Source: Lachnospiraceae bacterium
Lineage (GTDB): Bacteria; Bacillota; Clostridia; Lachnospirales; Lachnospiraceae
Assembly: GCA_014804365.1 (NCBI GenBank)
Contig: JAAUZX010000045.1
Location: forward strand, 2,458-66,457
Length of the DNA: 64,000 nucleotides
Direction: 5' to 3'
Both the position numbers and the translations under genes were made by a program. How positions within the stretch are numbered: position 1 is the stretch's first letter; each line of letters opens with the position of its first letter. Positions 19,014-29,419 of this stretch are shown piece by piece. A model generated the notes under the pieces. That model saw nothing but the letters and a program-made list of their open reading frames with translations. It had not been told where the DNA came from and did not search any database.

Positions 19014-20825
19014 ATGATAAAGCGTTGGAAGGAAAGGCTGAACGGATTAAAACTGAATACAAAGTTTACGCTGGTGATCATTGTCCTCGTCGTTGTGCCG
19101 ATTTCCATAATGGCCTGCGTGCTGTTCTATAACATGGAGCAGAATGTCATCCGCGAAAACAGGAATTATATGCAGTATACGATGGAGCGCAATGAGGATA
19201 ACATCCGGAAGAATATCGATTCGGTAAATATGACGACGCAGTTTTTCTTAAGTGATGAGCCGCTTATACAGATGCTTGGCAAAATGTCGAGGCAGGAGCA
19301 GATAGAGACTAAGGAGCTGATGGAATTCTATCACAGTGATATCACGTCGTTAGAGAGGCTTATCAATAATAATACGCTGCTGTACGGGGTACGTGTCTAT
19401 GCGATGAACAGCAGGATACAGGAAATGATGCCTGTCTTATACAGTTACTCCCGCATGCGGAAGATGGAATGGGCATATGATCCGGATCCGGCAGGGTGGA
19501 ACTTTGACTATCGGGACAGGTTGTTTGATGACCGCGGCGGAAGGAAGATCGCTTCCCTGATAACGAATGTGGAGGATTATGAAAATGGCCTGATCGGTGT
19601 GATCGAGGCGGCGGTCACGATGGAGAATATCTTTCCGATGTTATACGAAGAGATTGTTGATGAGTGGAGCTGCTTTGTCTCTGATGAAGGAGAGCTTTAT
19701 TTCGGGGACAATGTGCAGGATATTTCAGAGGAATTTGTACGGTTTCAAATGCAGGAGGGGTTTGAGAAAGACAAGATCCACACAGATTATATCAGGCGGG
19801 GGAGAGAACATCTTATCGTCTCTTATCTGTATGTCAAGGATATGCAGGGAACGCTGTTGTCTGTGAAGAATATTTCAGCGAATGTGCAGTATGTATATCG
19901 CATGAGGAACGCTTTTGTGATCATTATGCTGGTAATCATTATCGGGCTGGCTTTTCTGATCAACTATATTGTGAAGAGTCTTCTGTGGCAGTTTTATAAT
20001 ATTTTAAAGTCTATACGTGTCATACAGTCGGGTGATCTGGGCATAAGGATTGCGGACTGCGGAAACGATGAAATGGGTGAACTGGGAACCCAGATCAATA
20101 AAATGCTGGATCGTATAGAACTGCTCATGAAGGAAAATATTGACAGAGAGATTCTGGCGAAGAACTCACAGATTCTTGCTTTACAAAATCAGATCAACGC
20201 CCATTTCATCTACAATGTCCTGGAGTCTATTAAAATGATGGCGGAGATTGATGAGGAATACGCGATTTCCGATGCGATCACGTCTCTGGGAAAGCTGCTT
20301 CGTTACAGTATGAGGTGGGTATCCGGCAATGTACTTGTGGAAGAGGAATTGGAATATATCAAAAATTATCTGGCTTTGATCAATTTGCGTTTTGACTATG
20401 AAATCTATCTCTCGCTGAACCTGCAGGAGGAGATATTAAGGCAGGAGATACCGAAAATGTCTCTGCAGCCGATCATAGAGAACGCAATTTACCACGGGAT
20501 CGAGGAAATAGCGGAAGATACCAGCATCTATATGAAAGGCTATATAGAGGGTGATGACTGTATTCTGGAGATCACGGATTCCGGACGAGGCATGAGTGAG
20601 GAACAACTGCAAAAATTAAAGGCGAAGTTAAACGGTGAAATTGAGACGAGCGGCGGGTCCGGAAACGGCATCGGTCTGAAGAACGTACAGGACAGAATCA
20701 GGATGAACTTCGGAGAAGAATATGGAATTGAGATTGCTTCTAAGCTGGGCTGCTATACGAAGATCATAGTGCGGATACCTGTGGGGGGGGGTAAAAATGA
20801 AAACAGTTCTTATAGTGGAAGATGA
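19014..20825 (+). CDS. LytS/YesM-type sensor histidine kinase with HAMP domain
   Basis: Two TM segments, DEMGEL HAMP, LQNQINAHFIYNVLE, LQPIIENAIYHG, GIGLKNV. Confidence 0.92.
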   Translation: MIKRWKERLNGLKLNTKFTLVIIVLVVVPISIMACVLFYNMEQNVIRENRNYMQYTMERNEDNIRKNIDSVNMTTQFFLSDEPLIQMLGKMSRQEQIETKELMEFYHSDITSLERLINNNTLLYGVRVYAMNSRIQEMMPVLYSYSRMRKMEWAYDPDPAGWNFDYRDRLFDDRGGRKIASLITNVEDYENGLIGVIEAAVTMENIFPMLYEEIVDEWSCFVSDEGELYFGDNVQDISEEFVRFQMQEGFEKDKIHTDYIRRGREHLIVSYLYVKDMQGTLLSVKNISANVQYVYRMRNAFVIIMLVIIIGLAFLINYIVKSLLWQFYNILKSIRVIQSGDLGIRIADCGNDEMGELGTQINKMLDRIELLMKENIDREILAKNSQILALQNQINAHFIYNVLESIKMMAEIDEEYAISDAITSLGKLLRYSMRWVSGNVLVEEELEYIKNYLALINLRFDYEIYLSLNLQEEILRQEIPKMSLQPIIENAIYHGIEEIAEDTSIYMKGYIEGDDCILEITDSGRGMSEEQLQKLKAKLNGEIETSGGSGNGIGLKNVQDRIRMNFGEEYGIEIASKLGCYTKIIVRIPVGGGKNENSSYSGR

Positions 20826-22263
20826 GAAAATGATACGGCAGGGAATCCGGACGATGATTCAAAGAAGCGGCGTTCCGGTCGAAGTGATCATAGAATGCAA
20901 TAGCGGCGACAAGGCTCTGGAAATTCTGAAGAATCAGAAGGTGGATGTGATGTTTACGGATATCCGAATGCCCAAAATGAACGGGATCGAGCTGGTGCAG
21001 AAGGTGCAGGAACTCCCTGAACAGCCGATTATGATAGCCGTCAGCGGATATGCTGATTTTAACTATGCGGTAGAAATGATGAGTATGGGAGTGCGCGAGT
21101 ATATCTTAAAGCCGGTGGAAAGAGACAAGATACAGACCATTATGAAAAAACTGGAGCAGGAGATCACACAGAATCAGGAAAGCAGACGTACCAGTAATCG
21201 GATCGGGCATCAGCAGCTTAAATATCTGATGTTAAATGAGCAGGTTACGGAAGAGGAATTAAGTACGATGCAGGAGAAGTACGAGAGCGAGTTTGAGCTG
21301 TATGACTATTATGTGTGCGTCTCTAATCCGAAAGAATGGCATGCTTTCGAGGAGAGTTATATTTATCTGCATAACGTGGAGAATAATGATGTATACCTTG
21401 TAACGGATAAAAATATGCAGATGCTTCTGAAGAATGAATTTGCGCAGCAGTATGTAGGGGTGAGCGCGATACACAGCGGAATCAGGGAATTGGGAATCGC
21501 TTACCGGGAGGCGGTGGAGGCAAGACATCATGCGTTTTGTACCGACCGGCGAAATTTTTATGTGGAGGAGATCGGGACAGGTCTTGCAACGGATTTTTAT
21601 GAACAAGGCAAGGAGCTGATCAGTGCGGAAAAGAAGCAGCAGAGAGTGCAGCTTATTGGTACGGATAAGACGGATGAACTTGTCAGGGCATGGGAGAGAT
21701 TCTTTCATGTGGTGAAGAACGGTTGGATAACGCCGGCGGATTTCGCAGAATGCATGGATGATTTTTTTGCCGAGATTCGCAAGACTTATCGAAATATGCT
21801 TGACGATGAGGAAGAAAAGCTGACAGAGTTGGCGGATTATTATGGAGCACCGGTGCTGACGATCTGGCAGGAAGCGTTTATGGAATGGATATTGGCTCTT
21901 CATGAGCGCATTAACGACCGGTTTGACACGAGTAAGAATCAGCAGAAGATCAAGCAGGCGATAGAGTATATTCAGGAGAATTATGACAAAGATTTAAACA
22001 TGGCGGTGGTGTCTAATCGGGTTTCCATGAATTATTCGCTGTTTTCCTATCTTTTTAAAGAGGTTACCGGAAATAATTTTGTGAATTACCTAAAAGGAAT
22101 CCGCGTGGAGGAGGCAAAAAAGCTGCTGGCGGAAACGGATATGAGGATCGTGGAGATCAGCGTTAAAGTCGGCTATGAAAATGAAAAGCATTTCATGAGA
22201 ATCTTTAAGGCAACCTGCGGAGTGTCACCCAGTGAGTATCGGAGAAATGCGCAGATGCATTAA
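20797..22263 (+). CDS. YesN-type response regulator (REC plus AraC HTH)
   Basis: LIVEDE, FTDIRMPKMNG, YILKP; C-terminal AraC FVNYL..IRVEEAKKLL..VGYENEKHF..GVSPSEYR. Confidence 0.93.
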   Translation: MKTVLIVEDEKMIRQGIRTMIQRSGVPVEVIIECNSGDKALEILKNQKVDVMFTDIRMPKMNGIELVQKVQELPEQPIMIAVSGYADFNYAVEMMSMGVREYILKPVERDKIQTIMKKLEQEITQNQESRRTSNRIGHQQLKYLMLNEQVTEEELSTMQEKYESEFELYDYYVCVSNPKEWHAFEESYIYLHNVENNDVYLVTDKNMQMLLKNEFAQQYVGVSAIHSGIRELGIAYREAVEARHHAFCTDRRNFYVEEIGTGLATDFYEQGKELISAEKKQQRVQLIGTDKTDELVRAWERFFHVVKNGWITPADFAECMDDFFAEIRKTYRNMLDDEEEKLTELADYYGAPVLTIWQEAFMEWILALHERINDRFDTSKNQQKIKQAIEYIQENYDKDLNMAVVSNRVSMNYSLFSYLFKEVTGNNFVNYLKGIRVEEAKKLLAETDMRIVEISVKVGYENEKHFMRIFKATCGVSPSEYRRNAQMH

Positions 22264-22393
22264 CAGACAATAGTATTGTCGCAATAATATTGTATAAAAT
22301 ATTTTCGCAAAAACATTGTCAAAAAAATATCAATGTGGTATGATGACACCGTATTGTATCTCATATGAGAATAATAACAGGAGGATTTGTACC

Positions 22394-23245
22394 ATGAAAA
22401 ATGAAAAAACTTATGAACTTGTGCTTACGGCACTGTTCACCGCCATAATCGTGATTATGGCATTCACACCGCTGGGATACATCCCGCTTGTAGTCATCAA
22501 TGCGACGATCATTCATATCCCGGTTATCCTTGGAGCGCTATTTCTCGGACCGAAGAAAGGTGCATTTTTGGGATTCGTATTTGGTCTGACCAGTTTCATC
22601 AACAACACATTTAAGGCAGTTACGGCATCGGCATTTGTGTTTTCGCCGGTCATAGCGTATGATGTAGTCGGCGTATCGGGGATTTTTAAGAGCATATATA
22701 TATGCTTCGTACCGAGAATTTTAGTCGGCGTAGTTCCTTATTTTGTCTACATTCTGATCCGTAAAGCGCTGAAGAGCGAAGGACAGACAGGTAAGATTGT
22801 TGTGAATCTGCTGGCATCTTTGATTCTGTTTATTTCCGTCAGGGCGTTCCTGATTCATCTCCTGCCTGAGACACTCAGCGCGCTTGTATGTACCATCATC
22901 GGTATAGCGGCGGGCAGCGTACTCATGGCTGCTCTCACGGTCAGCGGCAATAAGAAAGAGTCTGCCAGTATTGCGCTCGCATACGCAGGACTGGCGGGTG
23001 CCTTCACTAATACACTGTTTGTCATGAGCGGCATTTTTATTCTGTATAAAGAGGCTTATGCACAGGCGGTCGGCGTGGCAGGAGAGGCCGTGCTGGACGT
23101 GATCATGGGCGTTGTAACATTTAACGGTATTGTGGAAGCGGTTGTGGCCGCGATCATAGTTGCAGGTGTCGGGTTTGCGCTTACGAGGGTGAAGCCAATC
23201 TATTCTACAAACCGAAATAAAACAGAAAGCAGGGCAAAGGCATGA
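22394..23245 (+). CDS. panT: ECF transporter S component, pantothenate (PanT-like)
   Basis: FTPLGYIP..ATIIHIPVILGA, FVPRILVG, TNTLFV, NGIVEA; overlaps coaX. Confidence 0.75.
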   Translation: MKNEKTYELVLTALFTAIIVIMAFTPLGYIPLVVINATIIHIPVILGALFLGPKKGAFLGFVFGLTSFINNTFKAVTASAFVFSPVIAYDVVGVSGIFKSIYICFVPRILVGVVPYFVYILIRKALKSEGQTGKIVVNLLASLILFISVRAFLIHLLPETLSALVCTIIGIAAGSVLMAALTVSGNKKESASIALAYAGLAGAFTNTLFVMSGIFILYKEAYAQAVGVAGEAVLDVIMGVVTFNGIVEAVVAAIIVAGVGFALTRVKPIYSTNRNKTESRAKA

Positions 23246-24012
23246 TCTTAGCGATCGATATCGGAAATACAAATATTGTTATCGGCTGTATTGAGGGGGA
23301 GCGGGTGTGCTTCGTGGAGCGTGTCTCCACGAACCTCTCCAAGACTGAGTTGGAATACGCGGTAGAATTCAGGACGCTGTTTGAATTGTACCATATCGGC
23401 ATGGAGGACATCACGGGCAGCATTATTTCCTCAGTCGTTCCACCTCTGAATAATATTGTGCGGGCGGCACTTGAGAAGACCTTCCATAAGGCACCGCTGT
23501 TGGTAGGGCCGGGGGTGAAGACTGGGCTTAATATCCTGATGGATAATCCGGGGCAGCTCGGCTCCGATCTGGTGGTCAATGCGGTGGCAGGACTGCAATA
23601 TTACGGTGCCCCGATTATTATGATCGATATGGGAACAGCAACTACCATCAGCGTAGTGGATGATAAGAAGAATTATATCGGCGGTATGATCCTGCCGGGC
23701 GTTAAGGTTTCTCTGGATTCTCTGGTCAACAGGACTTCCCAGTTACCCCGCATCAGTCTGGAAGCGCCGAAGAAAGTGATCGGCAGAAATACCATTGACT
23801 GTATGAAGAGCGGTATCGTGATGGGACAGGCGGCATGTCTGGACGGCATGATCGAGAGGATTTTCGATGAACTCGGCTATGAGGCGCCGGTAGTCGCCAC
23901 AGGCGGGCTGGCGGGCAGCATCGTGCCTTATTGCAAGAGAAAGATTGTATACGATAATGAATTGACCCTGAAAGGGCTGGGTATTATATATAGGAAGAAT
24001 GTTGAGAGTTAA
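23242..24012 (+). CDS. coaX: Type III pantothenate kinase
   Basis: AIDIGNTN, SSVVP, LGSDLV, IDMGTATT, GGMILPG, VATGG. Confidence 0.95.
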   Translation: MILAIDIGNTNIVIGCIEGERVCFVERVSTNLSKTELEYAVEFRTLFELYHIGMEDITGSIISSVVPPLNNIVRAALEKTFHKAPLLVGPGVKTGLNILMDNPGQLGSDLVVNAVAGLQYYGAPIIMIDMGTATTISVVDDKKNYIGGMILPGVKVSLDSLVNRTSQLPRISLEAPKKVIGRNTIDCMKSGIVMGQAACLDGMIERIFDELGYEAPVVATGGLAGSIVPYCKRKIVYDNELTLKGLGIIYRKNVES

Positions 24013-24246
24013 TTTGTGGCGTGGGTGTGAAAAGTAACGAATCAGGGGCAGGGAGTTGGATAAGATTACTGTGTCACGTAGAAAAAACGTAGTACGAAAT
24101 GCAGCGTTATACAGGAATTTATATTGAAAAAAATGGCAATTCTGCATAAAACACTGACATAATGGAAGAGCTTTTTGCGAATTTCACATTAGAATTATCA
24201 GAATATGTTGGATATGGAAAACAGAAGACGAACGGAGGAAGATAAG

Positions 24247-25497
24247 ATGGTAGCAGGCAAACACATTGTGCTTGGTGTGACAGGCAGCATCGCCGCATAT
24301 AAAATAGCATCACTCGCCAGTATGCTGGTGAAGCAGAAGGCTGATGTGACCGTCATCATGACGCCCAACGCCACCAACTTTATCAATCCGATCACTTTTG
24401 AATCACTGACCGGCAATAAGTGCCTGGTGGATACCTTTGACCGGAATTTTGAGTTTCAGGTGGAGCATGTGTCGCTGGCGAAACAGACCGATGTATTTCT
24501 CGTGGCGCCTGCGTCAGCGAATGTGATCGCCAAGGCGGCTCACGGCATAGCGGATGATATGCTGACAACGACGCTGCTTGCCTGTACCTGTCCGAAGATC
24601 TTCGCACCGGCGATGAACACCAGAATGTATCAGAATCCGATCGTGCAGGATAACATGAAGACGCTTACACGGTACGGTACGGAAGTGATTACCCCCGCCA
24701 GCGGCTATCTGGCATGCGGCGATACAGGCGAGGGCAAGATGCCCGATCCGGAAGTGCTCTATGAGTATATCGTAAAGGCGCTGACACCGAAGGATCTGGC
24801 AGGGAAGAAAGTGCTTGTCACGGCCGGTCCTACGCAGGAGAAAATAGATCCGGTGCGCTATATCAGCAATCACTCCACCGGTAAGATGGGATATGCAATC
24901 GCAAGGCAGGCGATGATGCGGGGGGCAGAAGTGACACTTGTGTCGGGAAAAGTAAGCATACAACCGCCTATGGGTGTGCGGGTCGTGCCTGTGGTGTCTG
25001 CGGCGGATATGGCGCAGGCAGTCAAAGAGACGGCGCCGGAGCAGGATATCATCATTAAGGCGGCGGCAGTGGCCGACTATCGTCCCGGTGTGACAGCAGA
25101 TGAGAAGCTTAAGAAAAAAGATGACGAGATGTCTATCGAACTGGAGCGCACTGAGGATATTCTGGCATATCTCGGCGCGCACCGCCGGGAAGGACAATTC
25201 CTGTGCGGCTTTTCCATGGAGACGGAGCATATGCTGGAGAATTCCCGCGCTAAGCTTAAGAAAAAGAACATAGATATGATCGTTGCCAACAATCTGAAAC
25301 AGGAAGGCGCCGGATTCGGCACCGACACCAATGTGGTGACATTCCTGACCGAAGATGATACCGTAGAACTGCCGATGTTGAGTAAAGAGGAAGTGGCGGA
25401 CAGACTGCTTAACCATATCGTGGAATACGGGCGTAAAAAGATCCGGCACAACTGTGAAGACCAGAGTTCTGAACAGTTACGACCCGGCAATAATTGA
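24247..25497 (+). CDS. coaBC: Bifunctional phosphopantothenoylcysteine decarboxylase/synthase
   Basis: [60 protein letters not shown]. Confidence 0.96.
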   Translation: MVAGKHIVLGVTGSIAAYKIASLASMLVKQKADVTVIMTPNATNFINPITFESLTGNKCLVDTFDRNFEFQVEHVSLAKQTDVFLVAPASANVIAKAAHGIADDMLTTTLLACTCPKIFAPAMNTRMYQNPIVQDNMKTLTRYGTEVITPASGYLACGDTGEGKMPDPEVLYEYIVKALTPKDLAGKKVLVTAGPTQEKIDPVRYISNHSTGKMGYAIARQAMMRGAEVTLVSGKVSIQPPMGVRVVPVVSAADMAQAVKETAPEQDIIIKAAAVADYRPGVTADEKLKKKDDEMSIELERTEDILAYLGAHRREGQFLCGFSMETEHMLENSRAKLKKKNIDMIVANNLKQEGAGFGTDTNVVTFLTEDDTVELPMLSKEEVADRLLNHIVEYGRKKIRHNCEDQSSEQLRPGNN

Positions 25498-25529
25498 AAC
25501 TTGATATAACCGCACATGGAGGAGAAAAT

Positions 25530-26078
25530 ATGAGAATCGGAATGGGTTATGATGTTCATAGACTGACGGAGGACCGCAAGCTGATCCTGGGCGGTGTCGA
25601 GATACCATATGAGAAGGGACTTCTCGGGCATTCAGATGCGGATGTGCTTCTTCACGCCATCATGGACGCGCTGCTTGGCGCGGCGGCTCTCGGCGATATC
25701 GGCAAACATTTTCCGGATACCGATCCCGCTTATAAGGGGATTTCTTCGATCGAGCTGTTGAAGCGGGTGGGCGGGCTGCTCACGGAGAACAGCTTCTTAG
25801 TCGAAAATATTGATGCCACCATTATTGCACAGGCACCCAAGATGCGGCCTTATATCGATCAGATGCGGGAAAACATCGCGGTAGCGCTGGACATCGAGAC
25901 GGAACAGGTCAATGTGAAAGCCACCACCGAAGAGGGACTGGGTTTTACAGGCACAGGCGAAGGGATCTCCTCGCAGGCGATCTGTATGCTGACAAGCCCC
26001 AGAGAGCTGTACAGCGAGGATGTCAGCGCAGCTAAGTGTGACGGATGCGGCGGATGTCCTATGCAAGCAGGACAGTAA
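25530..26078 (+). CDS. ispF: 2-C-methyl-D-erythritol 2,4-cyclodiphosphate synthase
   Basis: [36 protein letters not shown]. Confidence 0.96.
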   Translation: MRIGMGYDVHRLTEDRKLILGGVEIPYEKGLLGHSDADVLLHAIMDALLGAAALGDIGKHFPDTDPAYKGISSIELLKRVGGLLTENSFLVENIDATIIAQAPKMRPYIDQMRENIAVALDIETEQVNVKATTEEGLGFTGTGEGISSQAICMLTSPRELYSEDVSAAKCDGCGGCPMQAGQ

Positions 26079-26114
26079 CAGGTCAGTTATGTTCCAAGTT
26101 TATTTAAACCGTCC

Positions 26115-26182
26115 GCCCAGATGAAAGTTAATATCTACAGAGCCGCGCTCCCGCTCCTTAAGATATTAACTTCCATCTGGGC
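26115..26182 (+). repeat. Family B element, internally deleted copy
   Basis: GCCCAGATGAAAGTTAATATCT...AGATATTAACTTCCATCTGGGC inverted repeat around ACAGAGCCGCGCTCCCGCTCCTTA. Confidence 0.8.
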
Positions 26183-26327
26183 TGGGTATAGATATGGTTG
26201 AGCAGGAAGAGACTGTGTGTATAATGGTATTCCTGCGCAGAATAACATTGACAAATCCAAGATTTTTGCATATCCTATTAGCAGAAACTTATCAGATATA
26301 AGATGCAAGCGACTAATACGGAATATG

Positions 26328-26566
26328 GACATTGAAAGGGAAGAGTACCTTTGTCAGCAGCAGACAGAGAGGAACCGCCGTCGGCTGGAAGCGGTTCTTG
26401 CGAAGAGAATGGGAAGTGCGCCCCGGAGTCCGGCTAATGCCCGGCTGACCCCGTTACAGGTCTTGAGTGAAAGAATGCAGATGTATTCTTTAAGTAGAGT
26501 GGAACCGCGGATCATTTCGTCTCTATTTCCGAACCGGAATAGGGAGGGGACCGCGGTCTTTATATT
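26328..26566 (+). promoter_or_regulatory. T-box riboswitch, cysteine specifier
   Basis: Stem I AGAGA and GGCTGGAAG motifs, specifier GAAG-TGC (Cys) at 26417-26419, T-box AAGTAGAGTGGAACCGCG at 26492-26509, downstream hairpin; precedes cysE-cysS. Confidence 0.9.
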
Positions 26567-26644
26567 GCATAGGGTAATTCCGAGCTTGTGAAGCATATTT
26601 CGCAGGCGAACTGGTTCGCTTTTTGCAGAGAAAAGGAAAACGAC

Positions 26645-27355
26645 ATGGGTTTTATACAGAATATCAAGGAAGAGATCAGGATCATACGGGAACGTGACCC
26701 GGCGATCCACTCCAATATGGAAGTGTTCTTATACCCAAGCTTCAAGGTGATGATCTATTATCGGATAGCACATAAGATGTATCTGAACGGACATTACTTT
26801 CTGGCCAGATGGATATCCCAGAAGGGGGTCCGCAAGACGGGAATCGAGATTCATCCGGGAGCACAGATCGGCAAGGGATTCTTTATTGATCACGGCAACG
26901 GCGTGATCATCGGAGAGACAACGATCATTGGCGATAATGTGACGCTGTATCAGGGCGTGACGCTGGGAGGCACCGGCAAGGAGCATGGTAAACGTCATCC
27001 CACCATCGGCAACAACGTAATGATCAGTACAGGCGCTAAAGTGCTGGGATCCTTTAAGATCGGCGACAACAGCAAGATCGGAGCAGGCAGCGTGGTATTA
27101 GAGGAAGTACCACCAGGCTCCACGGTAGTTGGCGTGCCGGGACGGGTGGTGAAGCGCAATAACAGATTGCTGCCACAGGAAGAATTGGATCAGATCAACC
27201 TGCCCGATCCTGTCAGGGAGGATATTGCGGGCCTGCAGCGCGCCAATGCGGAGCTGACGAACCGGCTGATCGATCTGGAACGGGAAATTAAACAACAAAG
27301 ACAAAGACATGAAGTTGCACTAAGTCTGCAAAATACGCAGACTAAGAGCAACTAA
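26645..27355 (+). CDS. cysE: Serine O-acetyltransferase
   Basis: ERDPA, TGIEIHPGAQIG..FFIDHG, GVTLGGTG..KRHPTIG, VGVPGR. Confidence 0.95.
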   Translation: MGFIQNIKEEIRIIRERDPAIHSNMEVFLYPSFKVMIYYRIAHKMYLNGHYFLARWISQKGVRKTGIEIHPGAQIGKGFFIDHGNGVIIGETTIIGDNVTLYQGVTLGGTGKEHGKRHPTIGNNVMISTGAKVLGSFKIGDNSKIGAGSVVLEEVPPGSTVVGVPGRVVKRNNRLLPQEELDQINLPDPVREDIAGLQRANAELTNRLIDLEREIKQQRQRHEVALSLQNTQTKSN

Positions 27356-27395
27356 GTCATGTCTGGAAGAATGCCGCTTGCAGCGAGCATTCTTC
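27305..27395. repeat. Dispersed palindromic element, family A copy 2 (overlaps the cysE 3' end)
   Basis: AGACATGA-AGTTGC...GCAACT-AAG-TCATGTCT then GAAGAATGC...GCATTCTTC; homologous to 581-669. Confidence 0.85.
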
Positions 27396-27488
27396 TGGGC
27401 TGGCTGGCGAGTAGAAATGTAAGAGAGAAATGGCGGAGAAATAATTGATGAAATAACGATAAAGAAACGATAAAGAGGAGTGTACACT

Positions 27489-28898
27489 ATGAAAGTTTTT
27501 AACACACTGTCGAGACAGAAGGAAGAGTTTGTACCGCTTCAGGAGGGGAAGGTCAGCATGTATGTATGCGGGCCTACGGTGTATAACCTGATCCATATCG
27601 GAAATGCCAGACCGATGATTGTGTTTGACACTGCCAGACGGTATATGGAACACAAGGGGTATGCGGTTAATTACGTCTCCAATTTTACCGATGTGGATGA
27701 TAAGATTATTAAGAAGGCAAATGAGGAAGGGGTAGATCCTTCCGTGATTTCAGAGCGTTATATTGCCGAGTGCAGGAAGGACATGAAAGCGCTCAATGTA
27801 AAAGAGGCGACCACACATCCGAAGGCGACGGAGGAGATCGACGGCATGATTGAGATGATTCAGACTCTGATCGATAAAGGTCATGCTTATGTGGCAGAGG
27901 ACGGCACGGTATATTATAAGACGAGAAGTTTTAAAGAATACGGCAAACTTTCGCATAAGAATCTGGATGATCTTCGAAGCGGCGGCCGCGCCCTGCTGGT
28001 GTCCGGAGAGGATCAGAAGCAGGACCCGCTTGATTTCGTACTGTGGAAGCCGAAGAAAGAGGGGGAGCCTTATTGGGAGTCGCCCTGGTGCGAGGGACGT
28101 CCGGGCTGGCATATCGAGTGTTCCGTTATGAGTAAAAAATATCTCGGTGAGGAGATCGATATCCATGCGGGCGGTGAAGACCTGATTTTTCCCCATCATG
28201 AGAATGAAATCGCCCAGTCTGAGGCGGCGAACGGCAAGGAATTTGCCAAGTATTGGCTGCACAATGGCTTTTTGAATATCGACAATAAGAAAATGTCCAA
28301 GTCTGCGGGCAATTTCTTTACGGTCAGAGATATCAGTGAGAAATATGACTTGCAGGTACTGCGTTTCTTTATGCTTTCGGCACATTACCGGAGTCCGCTT
28401 AACTTCAGTGCGGATCTGATGGAGGCGGCTAAGAACGGACTGGATCGTATTGTAACCAGCGTGAGCAATCTGAATTTCCTTATGGAAAAAGCGGCGGATG
28501 TGCCAATGACCGAAGAGGAGCAGCAGCTATTCAAAGAAGCGGAAACGTATATTACGAAGTTTGATGAGGCAATGGACGACGATTTCAATACGGCGGATGC
28601 TGTCTCGGCTATTTTTGAATTGGTAAAATTCGCAAATACCAATGTGAATGAGAGGTCGGGCAAGGCATTTATACAGGCAGTAAAAGAAGAGATCGTAATG
28701 TTGTCCGATATCTGCGGTCTGGTCGTGGAGAAAAAGGCGGAGATCTTAGATGCACAGATCGAAGCACTCATACAGGAGAGGCAGGAAGCCAGAAAAGCGA
28801 AGAATTTTGCCAGAGCGGATGAGATCCGGGACACTTTGGCCGCACAGGGTATTATTCTGGAAGATACACGAGAGGGTGTCAAATGGAAGAGAGCATAA
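27489..28898 (+). CDS. cysS: Cysteine--tRNA ligase
   Basis: [34 protein letters not shown]. Confidence 0.97.
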   Translation: MKVFNTLSRQKEEFVPLQEGKVSMYVCGPTVYNLIHIGNARPMIVFDTARRYMEHKGYAVNYVSNFTDVDDKIIKKANEEGVDPSVISERYIAECRKDMKALNVKEATTHPKATEEIDGMIEMIQTLIDKGHAYVAEDGTVYYKTRSFKEYGKLSHKNLDDLRSGGRALLVSGEDQKQDPLDFVLWKPKKEGEPYWESPWCEGRPGWHIECSVMSKKYLGEEIDIHAGGEDLIFPHHENEIAQSEAANGKEFAKYWLHNGFLNIDNKKMSKSAGNFFTVRDISEKYDLQVLRFFMLSAHYRSPLNFSADLMEAAKNGLDRIVTSVSNLNFLMEKAADVPMTEEEQQLFKEAETYITKFDEAMDDDFNTADAVSAIFELVKFANTNVNERSGKAFIQAVKEEIVMLSDICGLVVEKKAEILDAQIEALIQERQEARKAKNFARADEIRDTLAAQGIILEDTREGVKWKRA

Positions 28899-29323
28899 CG
28901 ATCTTAGAAGCGATCAAGAGAGATTTCGGCTGTGGGGAGATCGACATACGTACCTATTCGCCGTTGACGTTAGCGTATATCGGAGACGCGATCTATGATC
29001 TGGTGATACGGACCATTGTGGTGGAGCGGGGAAACCGTTCCGCCAATAACCTTCACAAGAAGACGGTGACCTATGTAAACGCCAGGGTGCAGGCAAGGAT
29101 GATCGATGCGTTGGAAGAGGAACTGACAGAGGAGGAAGTGGCAGTCTATCACCGCGGTCGCAATGCCAAGTCTTATACGTCGGCCAAGAATGCTTCTATT
29201 ATAGAATACCGCAAGGCAACGGGACTGGAAGCGCTCTGCGGCTATCTGTATCTGCAGGGGCAGCAGGAGCGGATGCTGTATCTGCTCCGTGAAGCCATTG
29301 CGAGAATAAATATGACGATATAG
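28883..29323 (+). CDS. mrnC: Mini-ribonuclease III
   Basis: LAYIGDAIY, RGRN, YRKATGLEALCGYLY; conserved cysS-mrnC-rlmB order. Confidence 0.93.
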   Translation: MEESITILEAIKRDFGCGEIDIRTYSPLTLAYIGDAIYDLVIRTIVVERGNRSANNLHKKTVTYVNARVQARMIDALEEELTEEEVAVYHRGRNAKSYTSAKNASIIEYRKATGLEALCGYLYLQGQQERMLYLLREAIARINMTI

Positions 29324-29419
29324 AGATAGCGAAGGAAAATCAGCAGAATATGCACTCAATGAAGAAATGTAAAGTCAACCAAAAGGAGCTGCAGCTAACG
29401 AAAGGGATATAACGTAATA

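Noticed and set aside
20783-20791. G9 homopolymer at the kinase/regulator overlap as a phase-variation switch
   Set aside because: It lies in the last codons of the kinase and doubles as the regulator RBS; slippage would alter only the tail, and there is no evidence of variation
24514-25449. 311-aa antisense ORF over coaBC, and similar antisense ORFs across the cbi operon
   Set aside because: Reverse-frame artefacts of codon bias; they fully overlap confident genes
26217-26591. 124-aa ORF upstream of cysE
   Set aside because: Coincides with the T-box leader RNA; no protein features
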